Shown here one piece after another: positions 59,801 to 64,000 of a stretch of DNA of 64,000 nucleotides (position 1 is the first letter of the stretch; each line of letters opens with the position of its first letter). The stretch covers positions 6,214,405 to 6,278,404 of the forward strand of contig NW_003526943.1 of the NCBI RefSeq assembly GCF_000181795.1, read 5' to 3'. The DNA is from Trichinella spiralis (Eukaryota). The translations under genes were made by a program, and so were the position numbers. The notes below the pieces were generated by a model, which did no database searches, was not told where the DNA came from, and worked only from the letters and a program-made list of their open reading frames with translations.

Positions 59801-61167
59801 GCATTTATTGTTCAAATTTTCATTTACAACAACTTAATTCTGATTAAATAATAATTAACAATAAAATTATTAAAATAATAAATACAACTATTATATTATT
59901 ATTCATATCACCATTATTTGTTCTGAGATGTTTTTAAGCATAATAAAATGAAAAATAAAAGTTCCTGACATATATAGCAGTTATCATATTTTGTGAAGCA
60001 ACAAGAATTGAGCAACAAAATTGTGAATTTTGTGAAGCTACAAGAAATAGTTTTCAGTACTTCCAATAAAACTTCAAGCATTATCAATGCGCTTCATTAA
60101 TAAGAATTAAAAATTTTATGCACTAAAATTTGTACAATTATCTTTTTGTCATTTTGAAGATAAATTTATATATTCTTTACTGCAAACTTCTAATACAACT
60201 ACGGTCATATATACTAGTTAATGTTGCGCATAAAAATATAATATTGATATTATAAACATAACTGCTGCATTTCTATTTTTAAATACGAAATAAATGACTA
60301 AACTTAGTAAATACGTAAATATACGTCAAATGAATTTTTAGAAGTTTACCTTTGAGCTAATAGTCAAAAACTTTATAATTACATGCCTATCTTAATACAT
60401 TATATTTTCAATTTCTTAAAATTGTGCATATTTTTCAAACATATTTATAATTATTAAACAATAAAGAAACAATGTGTTTTCTAAACAGCTTCAAACTTTT
60501 AACTGAATTTTTCAATAATTTTTATCGACTTAAAACATTTAAAATGCAATAAATAAATGAAAAAATTGTTGAAGTGAAAACATTAGAAAATCAAAATGCT
60601 TCACAACAATATTTCTTGTATTATTAAAATTATAAGTGACTTGATGCTCTACTTTATTTTTCAAAATTAAAGTTGTTGTTGAATTTTTTATAATTATAAT
60701 AATATGCTTTGCAAAGAAAATTATAAACATTATCGAATTCACTTGTTAAATGACAGGACTGCTATTTAAAAATTTCCTGAAATAAATGCAAATAATTCGT
60801 AATTTCATTTCAGCTTATCCATTTTGAAAAAAATCCTTTAAATATAAAATACATAAATATCGCATTTTAAATTTAAATTTCATTCTCTGTTCTTCAGTTT
60901 TGAGGTACTTTTTAAAAAGATTTCTATTTTCAATATTTAATATAATAAAGCTGAATTTCATTTTATGCTTTTCCTAGATTCTCATTTATTAATACATTGA
61001 AAAATTGTGTAAATCAAAAATGCTTACCTTTTAGAGCAAGCCCTTTTGAAAGCCATTGCAAACAGAGCTGTTTTGAAAATGTTCTTTGTTTTTGGTGGCA
61101 TGGCTTGCTCATCACACGAATTTGACTTAGGTGACGACATGTAAAGTTCCTTTTTCAACATGCTCAT
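47881..61167 (-). CDS. epac-1: Epac / Rap guanine nucleotide exchange factor 4-like (CNB-A, DEP, CNB-B, REM, RA, CDC25)
   Basis: CNB-A exons at 58358-58503, ~57732-57820 and ~57178-57324. DEP ([24 protein letters not shown]). CNB-B ([20 protein letters not shown]). REM ([17 protein letters not shown]). CDC25 ([34 protein letters not shown]). Stop at 47881. The 5' end is uncertain; the exon at 61028-61167 splices in phase 2. Confidence 0.9.
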
Positions 61168-63005
61168 TATGAAAATTCAGACAATCCTTTGTGATGCACA
61201 AAATATATAATACAATTCAAGAAATTTATTTACAATTCTAAGTCAACAAAATACAGAGAAAACATAATAAACTGAGTTATAATGTAATGCCAAAATTCAT
61301 GCGCGTATATTGTTCCTCCACGCAGATAAAAAGGATGCAATTTTTTTACATTAAAAGATTTTGTTTAATAACATCAGTTTATTCATCTAAATATGTATAT
61401 GAACATTCATTATTGAAACACTGCATAAAAGTTATTTTAAAATACACTGAAGATGAATAAATATTTATCATTTGCTTTGCATTATTTTAAAAATTTATTT
61501 AAAAGGTGAAACATTTTTAGTAGTTTCTTAAATAAAAGTAAAAAACTTATAAAAATTTACTTATTATTAGAAAAAATGCTGCAAATAAAAATGAAATAAC
61601 CTATTCATCATTTCAACATTCGACAGCAGTTTATTTTAAACTACTGCATAAAAAGTTTAACTCACAAGTTCAGGATTAACAGCAACATAATTAATATACA
61701 TGTTTGATGAAAAATAAATTTTCTTAAATTATTTTAAAAATTTCATTTTATTTTTTGAATTAGTAATTAGTACATGATGATTTCAAATTCAAAATAGTTA
61801 GTTACCATTCAAAGCATCCCTCTCATGGAGTAGCGTATGATCATTACTATAAGTAAAGCTACAGCCAAATATTCATTAAAAGTATATTTATTTATTTACA
61901 AAACATAATTTACAGAACATCTTCAGTTTATAGAATGCTTCACAAATGAATAAGTTTTAATGTTTACATAAAAACTCTAGCTATTCAAGCTTAACCTTTT
62001 GCCTTTAGTTGTTCTGTACAGTACTAACAAATTGATATAAAATAAATCATTTATTATTTAAGCATAATTTGAACCTACTTATAACATGATCAGAATTATC
62101 ATTTAGATATTTATTCATAAATTTACATCACACTCCGTTAAGATTTAAAAAATAAAAAAGAATATCTTATTCAATTAGCCTTTAATCATTTTATAAATGT
62201 TTTTTAAATCATCAGTTTATCATAAATGCTATATTAAAGAAAATGGATTTTTATTTGCATGTCAAATTTGTTTAAAAAATGTATCCTATTTTTGAGGAAC
62301 TTTGCATAAAATAAAAACAGACTATGAAAAGTTCTTCACTTGAGTTAAAATTGTGAGCAATCAACTGAATAATTGATTGTAATCAAATTTAAAAACTAAT
62401 ATAATAAATGTCTGAATTGCACAAATGCAATGTTACTAATTAAAGCATGCTTTGCATATTAAAGTGCTATATATATATATATGTCAATTATTGCATTATC
62501 AATAACATTTCAAAGAAGAAGATATAATTATTAGATAAGTGCATTATTGAGCCAACAGTAATGAAAATGGTCACGCATTAAAACAGTCAAAAAAATCAAC
62601 ATGCTCTTAAAAAAGCAGCACCTAGCAGAATTCACAAATCACTTTGGTAGCAAACCAAACAAATTATGTGCACAAATAAATGCGATAGTAAAATGTCTTA
62701 CTGTTGGTACTGAAAAATAAAATGCACAAATATTACAATGTATGGCAAACTACATTACTGAGGTAAAAATGAAAATTTAAACTTACCTGAGACTGCAAAC
62801 AACCATTCCAAATTTTTGCAGGCTACGGATATTCTGCCAAAATAATCAAACTTGCAGCAAATTACGTTTCTCATGATAACAAGGCAGCATAAGTGAAATT
62901 GCAGCTGCTGTTGTTATACTTTTGCGGTAGCGTTGTATTTATACAGATGTCTAACAATAGTTCATTACAGTGATTATAAACAAAACAGAACGCAATCGCA
63001 ACTTT

Positions 63006-63008
<3 letters not shown>

Positions 63009-63050
<42 letters not shown>
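63009..63050. repeat. (AT)21 microsatellite
   Basis: Perfect dinucleotide run. Confidence 0.95.
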
Positions 63051-63053
<3 letters not shown>

Positions 63054-64000
63054 AATCTAAAATACCATGAATTAATTTTATTTTTTATTTAAAAATTTAG
63101 GCATGTTTATTTAATAACAATTTATTAATAAATGGAAACATTGTCCTTCAGCTGTTGTGAGCATTTTATATTAGGAAAGCATGAATTAACTTTATGCTAG
63201 TACAAAATGCATAATTTTATTCAAGATTCATGATATATAGATGAGATTTTCTAAACAGAAATATACAAAGGACATCAGTAATATAATAAATGCATCAAAA
63301 GTACAGAAATGCTAAATTCATTTTGTAGATAGTTGAATAAAGCATTCATTATAAATAGTTGTTTAAATAATGTACGATATGTACAATATATTAATCAAAC
63401 AGTCATGAATGAATAATGCAATGTATAATATTTAACTGTTACATATGGCATGTTTCTTACAAGAAAATCATATTTGTTGCTGCATAAATTTATTTAACTC
63501 TATTATTTTTTATTAAAGAAAGCCATGACCATATTATAAACCATTTTTTAATCAACTGCTAATTAAGCAATTACATAAAAACGTAAATAATAATAATTTT
63601 TTATTAAATAACTTCATGTCATTGTTTTAGATAAATAGTAAGCATACTGAGACAACTACAGCTAACTGCAACGTTAAGCGTAAAGAAGTTTATTAATATT
63701 TTTTGGAACATATGGAAACTAAGAAACATACTTAAAATAAAATAGCCTTTCATTGTAATATATTAATTGCAATAAATTGAAACAAATATGAATGATCAGT
63801 AGACAAAAATGCCAAAATATATAAATTATATGTTCTATAATAGTTGCAATATATATAATTGTCTTCCCTACAATTACTGTAACAAAATATGCAGAAATTC
63901 TATTACTAACAGTACTGCTTAATAATTTCAAAATGTCAAAATAACAAAACTACAGACCAGAAAAATAATTTCAAAACAAAATAAAAGTGAAATAATGATA

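Overview
This is eukaryotic, AT-rich genomic DNA with many short GT-AG introns, not a prokaryotic window. The intron style and the Mutator-like transposase family suggest a clade I nematode, probably Trichinella-like (inference from my recognition of the sequences). The first ~5.5 kb has three N-gaps, a PSMD9/Nas2 gene, an LTR-like fragment and two same-orientation decayed MULE copies. A dense block of housekeeping genes follows: cyclin T (-), TYW1 (-), HMGB (+), ALKBH4/NMAD-1 (-), a 73-aa APC13-like ORF (+), nicotinamide riboside kinase (+), PCF11 (-), OGT (+), lipoyl synthase (-) and NDUFA10 (+), then a long Epac/RAPGEF4 gene (-). Main observations: (1) a secreted, probably GPI-anchored permuted papain-like (YiiX/C92) enzyme gene nested antisense in a TYW1 intron; (2) a TACAGTA/TACTGTA heptamer shortly upstream of essentially every housekeeping start codon; (3) stop-containing cassette (poison) exon candidates in the unusually long introns of cyclin T, OGT and LIAS; (4) a divergent APC13-like micro-ORF; (5) an Epac with a degenerate first cAMP pocket, a long Ser/Lys-rich insert and several candidate first exons. 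Exon boundaries were read by eye and may be off by a few bases. I found no rRNA, tRNA or CRISPR array.
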